A DNA stretch of 64,000 nucleotides, taken from NCBI GenBank assembly GCA_048882485.1, contig JBHLRP010000012.1, positions 1 through 64,000 of the forward strand. The letters are read 5' to 3'. The stretch is from Candidatus Thorarchaeota archaeon. Lineage in GTDB: Archaea; Asgardarchaeota; Thorarchaeia; Thorarchaeales; Thorarchaeaceae. Made by a program: the position numbers and the translations under genes. The notes beneath the pieces are model-generated. The model was not told the DNA's origin. It made no database searches and saw nothing but the letters and a program-made list of their open reading frames with translations. This document shows positions 18,482 through 27,400 of the stretch, one piece after another. Positions within the stretch are counted from its first letter, which is position 1; the number at the start of each line of letters is the position of its first letter.

Positions 18482-19498
18482 TTGCGCAGGCAACTTAGTG
18501 ATAGATTGTTTGGCCTCAAGAGAATAGGGAAGTACTTGACCGACTCTGAACTGAGGCAAGCATATTCCGAGTTCAAGGAGTCTGAGAACACAGCATTCCG
18601 CCTCATCCTCAACGCAATTCTATCAGAGGGTTGGCTAGTGCCTCTATCACAACCACTTCTCGCTGCCGAGCTAGGACGTGAACTAGGCTATACCAATCTA
18701 GGACTTCTCAAAGAGTTGCTGTCCCTATTAGTGAGTCGCGGAGTTGTAAATGAGGAAAACGGGCTCTACTCCATAAATCAAGTGAAGACGGAGCCAATCA
18801 GACCAGAAGATGTTGGGACGTTGATGACCAACTTCTATTATGACTGCGCAAGTTTTCTCCCGGATGCCTTGAGAGGAAAGACCGTACCCCTCGCCAGGGT
18901 TCCTCGAGTCGTACTTGAGTCCGTATTTAGCAGCAAACTAACCGAGATAGGTCGGGGAGTATTACTGCGGTCTTTCTCCTCGAAGAAGACTAGGGAGGTC
19001 GGTGTGGCTGCCTTCGCAGATGTGGGTCTCCCGTTTGCGATACGGCAGGTTAACGAGCTTCTCAGCCCAGATACTATCCATGTCTTCATCAGTGACTTCA
19101 GATGGCTGCCATCGTTTGCATCAGTTCTTCGCCTTTTGTCAGAAGAGGATTTCACAGACAAAGTCCAGCCTCATCTCTATGGACTCGATGTCGATGCAAA
19201 TCTCGATCTATTCTACGGAGAGGAGTTTTTCGCATGGATGCCAGACAGACTAGACGAGAATATTGAGCGAATCTCCGCTATGGTGAAACCCGGTAGTCGA
19301 GTAATTACAAACGACCCCACTTACATCCAAGAGGAGCCGCATTCAAGTGCCGCATACATCCTCATGAAGACAATTGACGGCTACCCCCAGCCTCTTGAGC
19401 GGACTAAACTGAGTAATGTCTTTGAGCAACATTCCCTGCGGGTGCAGACTATTGGTGACAACTGGGTGATTGCTGAAAAGGAGGTATCTGTCAAATGA
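18482..19498 (+). CDS. Winged-helix plus degenerate methyltransferase-like fold protein
   Basis: N-terminal wH (LAAELG..LLSLLVSRGVVNEENGLYS); C-terminal LDLFY..VKPGSRVITND and FEQHSLRV resemble class I MTase motifs, but no GxGxG. Confidence 0.55.
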   Translation: MRRQLSDRLFGLKRIGKYLTDSELRQAYSEFKESENTAFRLILNAILSEGWLVPLSQPLLAAELGRELGYTNLGLLKELLSLLVSRGVVNEENGLYSINQVKTEPIRPEDVGTLMTNFYYDCASFLPDALRGKTVPLARVPRVVLESVFSSKLTEIGRGVLLRSFSSKKTREVGVAAFADVGLPFAIRQVNELLSPDTIHVFISDFRWLPSFASVLRLLSEEDFTDKVQPHLYGLDVDANLDLFYGEEFFAWMPDRLDENIERISAMVKPGSRVITNDPTYIQEEPHSSAAYILMKTIDGYPQPLERTKLSNVFEQHSLRVQTIGDNWVIAEKEVSVK

Positions 19499-20211
19499 GT
19501 GGAAGCAACACCGTTAGAGAGCTGTTTGTGATTCATTCAGGAGGTATTCCGATTAATCATGTTGGAACAGGAACTGTTGAAGTGGATGATGCACTCCTTG
19601 GAGGTCTACTAGCTGCACTAAGCGAGGTTGGACTGACCTTAGGTCTGTCTGAGGATGGTGCTCTTGAAGCAATCGATTTTCGAGGATATCATCTTGTATA
19701 TGCCCGAACAGTGAATGCTCTGATAGTTCTACTGACTAGCGATGAGCCTGTGGACTTCTACAACAGAAGCCGTAGTGAGCTTGAAGCAATAGGGAGGGAC
19801 CTTGAGTCGCGCGGATTGCTTGAAGACCCTAGCATTCGTACGCCTGACAAGATCGCAGAGATAACGCACGCAATCACACGAAATGCACGAGGAATCTTTG
19901 CCAGGCAAAATGACGTTTTTATCTGGAATGAAGACCACACATTCCAACTCGCTGAGAGTGCCAATGAGAGATGGAGCGGTGAACATCTGTTTCGCAACTA
20001 CCTCATGCTCTCTCCTCTTAGCAAAGCGTTAACGATCCCGGTTGCAGACCTGAGACGCATATGTCAGCGTTTGACAAATCTTAGGAAACCTTCTGAGCTT
20101 GTGAACGACCCAGAGCTGAGTGTCAAAGACCCACAAGTGATAGAGGACACCTTAAGGTTCATGCACCTCTATGGCCTTGTCCATTGCTACGGAACAAGCA
20201 TTGTAGAGTGA
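19495..20211 (+). CDS. Longin domain protein with C-terminal winged-helix-like domain
   Basis: ELFVIHSGGIPI..DDALLGGLLAAL..IDFRGYHLVY..LIVLLT; C-terminal TLRFMHLYGLV. Confidence 0.75.
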   Translation: MSGSNTVRELFVIHSGGIPINHVGTGTVEVDDALLGGLLAALSEVGLTLGLSEDGALEAIDFRGYHLVYARTVNALIVLLTSDEPVDFYNRSRSELEAIGRDLESRGLLEDPSIRTPDKIAEITHAITRNARGIFARQNDVFIWNEDHTFQLAESANERWSGEHLFRNYLMLSPLSKALTIPVADLRRICQRLTNLRKPSELVNDPELSVKDPQVIEDTLRFMHLYGLVHCYGTSIVE

Positions 20212-20223
20212 GGAGCAGACCGC

Positions 20224-20898
20224 ATGAATGCTATTGGGGAAACAGATGCACCTCAAGACAGAATTAGATCAATCTATAGTAGTACAGCCCAATATTATCG
20301 AATGCTTCTCAAGGCTTATCGCATTCTAGGCGTCGACCTTGAGAAATGGCGTACTCGTGCAATATCAAGACTGCCCGATCTGCGCCATCCAAGGATTCTT
20401 GATGTGGGAGTTGGCACTGGAGATAACCTGCTCCATTTTATCGCTAAATTCCCCGACTATACTGAAATTGTAGGCGTTGATTACACGAGGCGGATGCTCC
20501 TCAGAGCTCAGAAGCGAGTCAGGGAAAATGTGTGGAAAAATGTGCATCTTGTTGAATGTGATGCACGGGAGATGCGAAACTGCATTCATGGCGAATTTGA
20601 CCTAATCATCTCCACATATTCCCTTTCCATAATCCCAGACTCTCCTCGCGTGCTAGATGAGATCAGCGAGCTTGTTTCAAGCGATGGGTACATCCTACTT
20701 CTTGACTGTCAGAAGTTCAAGGGTCTTCTTCGATTATTCAACCCGCTAGCAATATTCCTGTCGACTAAACTCGGAGGGAATTCGGAAACCTACTCTGTTC
20801 CAGTCAGCGAGATTGCATCTAAGATGTTCCATCCAGTCAGACGTAAACTCCTATACTCTGGGCTATTCTACGAGGATCTATACAAATCCAAACGGTGA
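20224..20898 (+). CDS. Class I SAM-dependent methyltransferase (UbiE/PmtA-like)
   Basis: ILDVGVGTG, VGVD, CDA, FDLIISTYSLS. Confidence 0.88.
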   Translation: MNAIGETDAPQDRIRSIYSSTAQYYRMLLKAYRILGVDLEKWRTRAISRLPDLRHPRILDVGVGTGDNLLHFIAKFPDYTEIVGVDYTRRMLLRAQKRVRENVWKNVHLVECDAREMRNCIHGEFDLIISTYSLSIIPDSPRVLDEISELVSSDGYILLLDCQKFKGLLRLFNPLAIFLSTKLGGNSETYSVPVSEIASKMFHPVRRKLLYSGLFYEDLYKSKR

Positions 20899-20911
20899 CA
20901 AGTCAAACTAC

Positions 20912-21721
20912 TCATACTCTCTTGAATACAAAGACGTCATAACTCAGGTTTTTTGAAATGACTTGCTTCTCAATCAATTCGAGAACTCTCAAGATGTCAT
21001 CTCGTCTTTCAATAAGATACCTGTCATCATCGGATAGAGTAGCCCCGCCCAGATTGACTCTGTTCCGAACCTTTGTTATCATATCGTGAAGCAAATCTCC
21101 GTGTAGAGTGGAGTCTTTCAGCTTGAAACCTGAATCTTCAAAGAGTTCGACATAGCCACTGTAAGGTAGTGCGTCAGCCACACATGCCACTCTTCCTAGT
21201 AGCCCTTTCAACTCACCATCCAGATAATCGCGATTTGAGAGAGTCACGTCTGAGATTCCTAGGATCCCTCCATTCTGTACAATTCTTGACACTTCGGTTG
21301 CTGCAGACTCCTTGTCATAGAAGGTGCAAATCGCGCACTCGCTGATTACATGAGTGAACTCTCCTTTCTCAAAAGGGAGGTTGCTTGCAAGTCCTGTGCT
21401 GAATGAAACCCTATCTGCTACTCTCAGGTCGTGCGCCTTTCTTTTCGCCTTCTCAATCAAATCAGTACCAATGTCCAATCCGGTTATGGCGCAGCCAAAA
21501 CGCTGAGCAAGAAAGACTGCGGTTGCTCCATCTCCGCATGCAAGGTCAAGAACATGGGAGCCATGATCAATGCCCATTCTGTCCGCGAGAAGAGAGGTGA
21601 GCGCAAGTCCTCCTGGGTGAAAGACCCCATCGAGAAGCCTCGCAACCAAAGGATGGCTGTAGAAATCGGCGCAACATTCGCCAAAAACTGCCTCATCAGA
21701 CCCCTGACCGTCCAAGATCAA
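20912..21721 (-). CDS. Class I SAM methyltransferase with N-terminal CC motif
   Basis: ECCADFY..FHPGGLALT, VLDLACGDG, ISECAIC, VACVADA. Confidence 0.88.
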   Translation of the reverse strand: MILDGQGSDEAVFGECCADFYSHPLVARLLDGVFHPGGLALTSLLADRMGIDHGSHVLDLACGDGATAVFLAQRFGCAITGLDIGTDLIEKAKRKAHDLRVADRVSFSTGLASNLPFEKGEFTHVISECAICTFYDKESAATEVSRIVQNGGILGISDVTLSNRDYLDGELKGLLGRVACVADALPYSGYVELFEDSGFKLKDSTLHGDLLHDMITKVRNRVNLGGATLSDDDRYLIERRDDILRVLELIEKQVISKNLSYDVFVFKRV

Positions 21722-23046
21722 CTCCTCCGCTGATTATGAATGAGGTTGTGGTTGCAGAACGGTATTAACTTACCATCCGGTCGAATGACATGTATGCAGC
21801 ATTTCTGTGCTCTCTCTAGCTGGTATGTGTTTGTATCCATGAAGGAATGGACGCTAATGGATTTCACTGATTTCTTGAGGACTTCAGGAAGGCTCATTCC
21901 ACATGCTTTGCAGAAGGCTTCCAGATTAGATTCAGATCCGGGGACAGCACGAGTCGAGAACAGCTTCTCAAATGCATCATTGAATAGTATCTTCTCACTC
22001 ACTAAGGTGCGATTCTCTGCATAGTTCATGTATTTGTCCACATCGACCAAATCTGTCAGCGGCGTTAGAGCTCCATCCTCCACCAATAGGTAATTGATTG
22101 CTGTACAGTGTGGATGAGGACAGGGAATTGGTCGGAAGTCGGAAACTTCAATGCGCTTCTCTGTTTGCTCCTCTATTAATTCAAGAATCTCAGGGACCGT
22201 CAATGTTTGAAGTTGATGAGAAGTCTTGATACGGCCTGTCAATGACACTGGCTGAAAGCTCACACCAAATACCTTTGGCTGAGCTAATGCATAATCTATG
22301 AGTTCTCCTATCTCATTGTCATTGAGACCTTTCGCAAGAGTTGGGACTAGCACAGTTGTCATGCCCATTTTTTCGCATACTTCAACAGCGAGCTTCTTGG
22401 CTTCTGTCAAATCCCTTCCTCGCATTTCTATTGACACTTCAGGTCTAAACGTGTCGAACTGCAGGTATATGACAGGGTTAGTCGGAGCCAACTCTGCTAC
22501 GAAATCCTCCTCCAAGAGTTTCAATCCATTTGTAGAAATAGCGACATCATCTATTCCAAGGCTCTTGGCATATCTCACAATCTCAACTAGATCCGGGTGG
22601 AGTGTTGGTTCCCCTCCACTAAGTTGCAAAATCTCTGGTTCTGTTTCGCAGGAAACATACTGATTGATCATGTCCGAAACCTGAGTGAAGCGCAGATGAT
22701 CTCCATATGGGGCTTCAGCAAAACACACATTGCATTTCAGGTTGCATTGTCCCGTTATCTCGATTATGCCGATGCATGTGTGCTGCTTGTGGCTTGGACA
22801 GATACCACAGTCATTTGGGCATCCCTGATTTCTTTTGCTGGTCCATTTGAAAGGTCTAGCACCTGCTCGATTATAGCTTGCTGACCATCTCCAGTATTCC
22901 ACATCTGAAGAAACCATTATCCTTGAAGTTCCATGTTCAGGACAAATCTTCTCGACAAAGACGTGACCATCATTGATGACTTCGACTGCCTTGACCAACT
23001 GTCCACACTCAGGGCAAATCCCCATCATCTTGAAAGTCCTCAGCAC
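21718..23046 (-). CDS. Radical SAM enzyme, Tes/MJ0619 (GDGT-MAS)-like family
   Basis: CPEC..CPEHG, GCPNDCGIC..H, CNLKCNVC, SGGEPT, YLQFD, FQP, KCCIH..PDG..IPFC. Confidence 0.9.
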   Translation of the reverse strand: MLRTFKMMGICPECGQLVKAVEVINDGHVFVEKICPEHGTSRIMVSSDVEYWRWSASYNRAGARPFKWTSKRNQGCPNDCGICPSHKQHTCIGIIEITGQCNLKCNVCFAEAPYGDHLRFTQVSDMINQYVSCETEPEILQLSGGEPTLHPDLVEIVRYAKSLGIDDVAISTNGLKLLEEDFVAELAPTNPVIYLQFDTFRPEVSIEMRGRDLTEAKKLAVEVCEKMGMTTVLVPTLAKGLNDNEIGELIDYALAQPKVFGVSFQPVSLTGRIKTSHQLQTLTVPEILELIEEQTEKRIEVSDFRPIPCPHPHCTAINYLLVEDGALTPLTDLVDVDKYMNYAENRTLVSEKILFNDAFEKLFSTRAVPGSESNLEAFCKACGMSLPEVLKKSVKSISVHSFMDTNTYQLERAQKCCIHVIRPDGKLIPFCNHNLIHNQRRS

Positions 23047-23147
23047 GTCAGAGTATTATATCTAGACTGAGGAATTCAAATATTTGTAGGTATATGCGGA
23101 TTACCTTCTCTGCGACTTTATCCCCCTGATTTCTTCTTTTCTTGCTG

Positions 23148-23507
23148 CTACCTCATCCAGTCGAGATAGATGACGATGAATGTTAGTATACCAAGGACTA
23201 TCTTGAGTGTATTTAGGAAGTTACCCAGCTCAGGTACGCCGCCCATCATAAGCGGGAAGAAGGGCACCATTCCCATAAGGAACAAGATTAGTCCGAGCGT
23301 CAATAGCCAAATCTTACTGTTGACTTTGGATACATCACTTTCAAGAAATGCCACAAAGATGAGAATTAATGCAACAATCATCTTGACTACACTAAATGGG
23401 ATGGGCGGAATCAGTGCCATTATCTCAGGCACAAAAGCGATTGCCCCGAAGATGATCAGAGTGATTGCACTTATCCACAGCCACAAACGAGAGTCTACTA
23501 ATTTCAT
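23148..23507 (-). CDS. Small 4-TM membrane protein with internal duplication
   Basis: SRLWL..LIIFG..K.IVA.ILI repeated as SKIWL..LFLMG..KIVLGIL. Confidence 0.7.
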   Translation of the reverse strand: MKLVDSRLWLWISAITLIIFGAIAFVPEIMALIPPIPFSVVKMIVALILIFVAFLESDVSKVNSKIWLLTLGLILFLMGMVPFFPLMMGGVPELGNFLNTLKIVLGILTFIVIYLDWMR

Positions 23508-23647
23508 ATTATCCCCGTATAACGATAGTTAATTGATTGTATATATATCTTGCCAGAGCGATAATGCAGGTACTCATTCCTTCTACCATTTCGTATATAT
23601 CTAGGTATATCCAAGACCACTTTGCTAGCACAAATAGGTGAGAGAAT

Positions 23648-24013
23648 ATGGCTACTAACGAAGAAATGTTGGAGGAGCTAAGAGAGATACGTAAACTCTT
23701 GACCCCACCTGAGCCTAAGCCGCCTCCGGATGGCTTCCTGAATGAGTTCACAACTTTTCTCTCGAAGTATAAAGTTCTTGGACTTGCTGTGGCGTTCATC
23801 TTGGGTATCTACTTGGGATTGCTTGTCCAGGCACTAGTTGATGATTTGATAATGCCCATCATTACAATCTTCATCCCAGATGTTTCATGGGAAGAGCTTG
23901 TCTTCGGTCCTTTCCGATATGGTCATTTCGTTGGCCAGATGATTACGTTTGTCATCATTGCATTTGTTGTGTTTCTGCTGGTGAAGTTTGCTGCAAAGAT
24001 TGGAATTGAGTAG
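23648..24013 (+). CDS. mscL: Large-conductance mechanosensitive channel family
   Basis: F..FLSKYKVLGLAVAFILG..LVQALVDDLIMP..YGHF..F.IIAFVVFLLVK. Confidence 0.85.
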   Translation: MATNEEMLEELREIRKLLTPPEPKPPPDGFLNEFTTFLSKYKVLGLAVAFILGIYLGLLVQALVDDLIMPIITIFIPDVSWEELVFGPFRYGHFVGQMITFVIIAFVVFLLVKFAAKIGIE

Positions 24014-24024
24014 TAGGAATCGCT

Positions 24025-24070
24025 TCTCACCCATCACTTTACTCCAAGGATGGGTGAGACCGTTCCTTTT
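24025..24070 (+). terminator. 11-bp stem hairpin after mscL
   Basis: tctcacccatc/gatgggtgaga followed by a T-run. Confidence 0.55.
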
Positions 24071-24107
24071 TGAGGCACAGGTGTGTTACCTATAGCGGGA
24101 TAACAAG

Positions 24108-24392
24108 ATGTCAAAACGATACAAAATCATAGCTAAGATCTCCGAGCTCCGCAGTGAGCCCTCTGGGAACCCTTGCAGCATGTACCAGCTTGGGGCCCAG
24201 TTTGACCTGTCTAAGCCAGAAGAGCAATCAAAAGTCTGTAGATGGGCGTATAACTCGATGCTGCCTTTCATAGCAGTGCTAGAGTTTGGGGGCGTTCTAC
24301 CTTGGGAGCCAGATCCTGAACGTGCCTTTGTGGCATGTCCTGACCCCCATAATGTGGTCGTCTTTGAATTGATTCGCAAGGAAGAAGTATAG
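24108..24392 (+). CDS. TIGR04076-like small Cys-containing protein (paralog of 10641)
   Basis: C..YQLG..F, VCRWAY, VACPDP..VVFEL. Confidence 0.8.
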   Translation: MSKRYKIIAKISELRSEPSGNPCSMYQLGAQFDLSKPEEQSKVCRWAYNSMLPFIAVLEFGGVLPWEPDPERAFVACPDPHNVVVFELIRKEEV

Positions 24393-24400
24393 AGAGTCGT

Positions 24401-27400
24401 CTATTCCTCGTTTTCCTCCTCATTCTCCTTGCCGAGAAGACTCTCTACATCTTCCAAGAATTTCTCCTCATCAGATTTCTCCCCATCAGACTTCTCAGAC
24501 GCCGGCTCGTCTATTCTCACTACTTTCATAGTTGGCGGCTCAACAATTTCAGACTCTGAATCTGTTTCCACTGGATCAGGTTCAACTTCCAACATCCTTG
24601 GTTCTTCTGCAGGAGGAGGTGAAGCTGCAGCTCTAGCCTCATCAATCGACGCAAAGGCAAGATTTCCCATTTCGATTGCATCCATGATGATTGTATAGAC
24701 ACGTGCCTCTTCGAGACCACATGAAGTCATTTCTTTGGCTAGTTCCTCGAGGTCAAAGCCGTCCTCATCGTCAATCCGATGGATGCGTTCTTCTAAACAC
24801 TTGGTCTTTCGTGGGAATGACTTGCCCTCTGAAACTGTGTAGTCCCGAAGAAGACGTCCATCCATGATGTCATCAAAGAAAGCATCAAACTGCGCCTCTG
24901 TTTCGGGTTCAAGAACTGTCAATGGAACTTCAGGATACATATGATCAAAGACGAATCCTATGGCTTCCGCAAACTCCACCATTCTTAGCTCCTGACCTTT
25001 TGAGGGAGGTGCTAGAGATATGAAGGCGCACAGTAGATTTTCAGTAGCAACAGTCCTTATGATATCTGAGATTGGTGTCACAACCCAATTCTCTTGGCTA
25101 ACGTTGAACTCATTCCTAAAAGTGCTAATAGCGCTCACAAAGCCTGACAAGAGTAGCTCATCAAGTCCTTCCTTCAACATCTTTGAGTAGATGGGAATTC
25201 CTGTGTTCTTATGTAGCACAATGACACCGAGGAGACTCTTGACATCATCGAATCGGCGCTTGACCACCATCGCCTCAATGTAGCGTTTCCGTTGCCTTCT
25301 AGTATACGCTCTCCGCCCTGCGACACCGATGGCTACAACTCCCATGATTGCGATAAAGGGCGAGTATCGGGTGATGGTCCTATTCAATGCCTCAATCTCA
25401 CTAAGGAGCGGCTCAAGTTGGGCTTCATAGTAATCTGCATCAATTTCATAGTTCTCAATAGCGACATAGATTCTCACATATGTGGTGGACTCGTAGCTGG
25501 GCATCTGGAATGATGCTGAGTATAGGCCTGGTTCTGTTTCGCTCATAGGCCGTATCTCCCCGGGTCCTGTTTCACTAATGAGCTGGTATTCAACAGTTGC
25601 ACCAGTAACAGGATCCCCTGTGATGGATTCAATAAGCCAAAGACTCAGCGTGTTCTGTGATACTTCGACTGCGCTCAGTCCCTGGAATATATCAATCTCT
25701 ATGGCTACAGGAAGCACTTCCAGCTCAAACTCGATGAACCCAATGACATGATCTGTCTTGTTTGCTGTGAAGAAAACCTGCCACTTGCCAATTGATTCCG
25801 CTTCGAATCCAAGGAGGTATAGATCCCCTATTAGTGACACCGAACATGTCAGACCTTCTGCGGGCAATGTGGAAACTGTCAAGTCTGCGGAACTCACATT
25901 TTGCCCAGTATCAGTTCTGACGTAGAGAAGTGTGAGGTTGTATTCATCAGTGAAATAGATTGAGTCTGATTCCAGTTCCTCAACAATTCTCAGCTCGGTT
26001 GGGATTGATCTTACAACAAGAGTGAAACCTACTGTTGAATTCAGGTAATTGGCCAGTGTGGCACGAATGGCAAACTCATAAGTCCCGATGACTGAGGGTG
26101 TTAGTGTGATTGTGTATTGTCCACCAGAACCCTCGACAACTACATGAGCTAATCCAGATGGAGGATGCAGTACCAGTATAGTCGCCCCTATCAGTCCATT
26201 TAATGCATCATCTCTGAATGTGACTTGAACATCGTGACTCTGATCAACTGAAATGGTCGCCCCAGAGGTGTCGAGCGTCAGAATGGAGGGTATCTCCCGC
26301 ACGGTGAGTCCAAAGGATGCAAACTGTGTGTCATAGTCTGTAAGATTCGCTCTGAGTAGAATGGTGAAAATCCCCGCTAATGATGCAGTGATATCAATTG
26401 AGTAAATTCCTGACCCTTCATCGACCGCGGTTGCGATTCCCAGTCCGGCAGCAGGGACCACATCAATGACAGAAACACTTGCCCCAACTAATCCGAAACC
26501 GGTTGTATTAGTGAACTGAACGACTAGCCTGTAAGTGTCACCAAAATAGGCGAAGTCAGCAGTCCCATTGAGCCTAATCAGGTTGGATCCGAACCCTCTC
26601 ACGATTACACTATAGCCTAGAGTGGAATTGAGATAGTTTGTCTTGCTAGCCTTGAAGGCCATCTGATAGGTCCCAGGTGTTAGAGCAGTGATAGTCACAT
26701 TGTAGAGGCCGCCAGACAATTCTGAAATCTCGAAGGATAGACCCGCAGGTGGAATCAGCACACTAACTGATGCTCCAACTATTCCTGTAGAACTCTCGTC
26801 TCTGAATGATAGCTCTATCGATTGACTATCGCCCACAGACAACGTAGTGCCTGAACTGTCTGCGGTAAGCACGGTGGGAATCTCATTCACCGTAATTGTG
26901 AATGCTGTGGTTTGGGAAACATGATCTGTCATGTTCGCGTTGATGAATATTGTATAGGTTTGAGCCGCTGACGACGTGAGTACGATTGAGTAGTAGCCGC
27001 TCCCTTCATCGAAGAACAATCCAGCAGTCAGGCCCGAGGAGGGATTTATTCCTATCACGCTGACATTTGCGCCAGCAAGGCCATATCCGGTACTATTGCG
27101 GTACTGAACAACCAATCTATAGGGCACTCCTAATTGTGATACATCAGAGGTGCCGTTCATAGGAACCAGGACCGTGGCAAACCCTCTCACGATTATAGTA
27201 TAGCCTAGGGTTGAATTGAGGTAGTTTGTCTTACTTGCCTTAAGAGCTATCTGATATGTTCCAGGTGCAAGTGGAGTGATAGTAACATTGTATAGACCGC
27301 CAGATAGCTCCGATATCTGGAAGGATAATCCTGCAGGTGGGTTTAGCACACTGATAGTAGCTCCGGGTATGCCTGTAGCGCTCTCATCCCTAAATGACAG

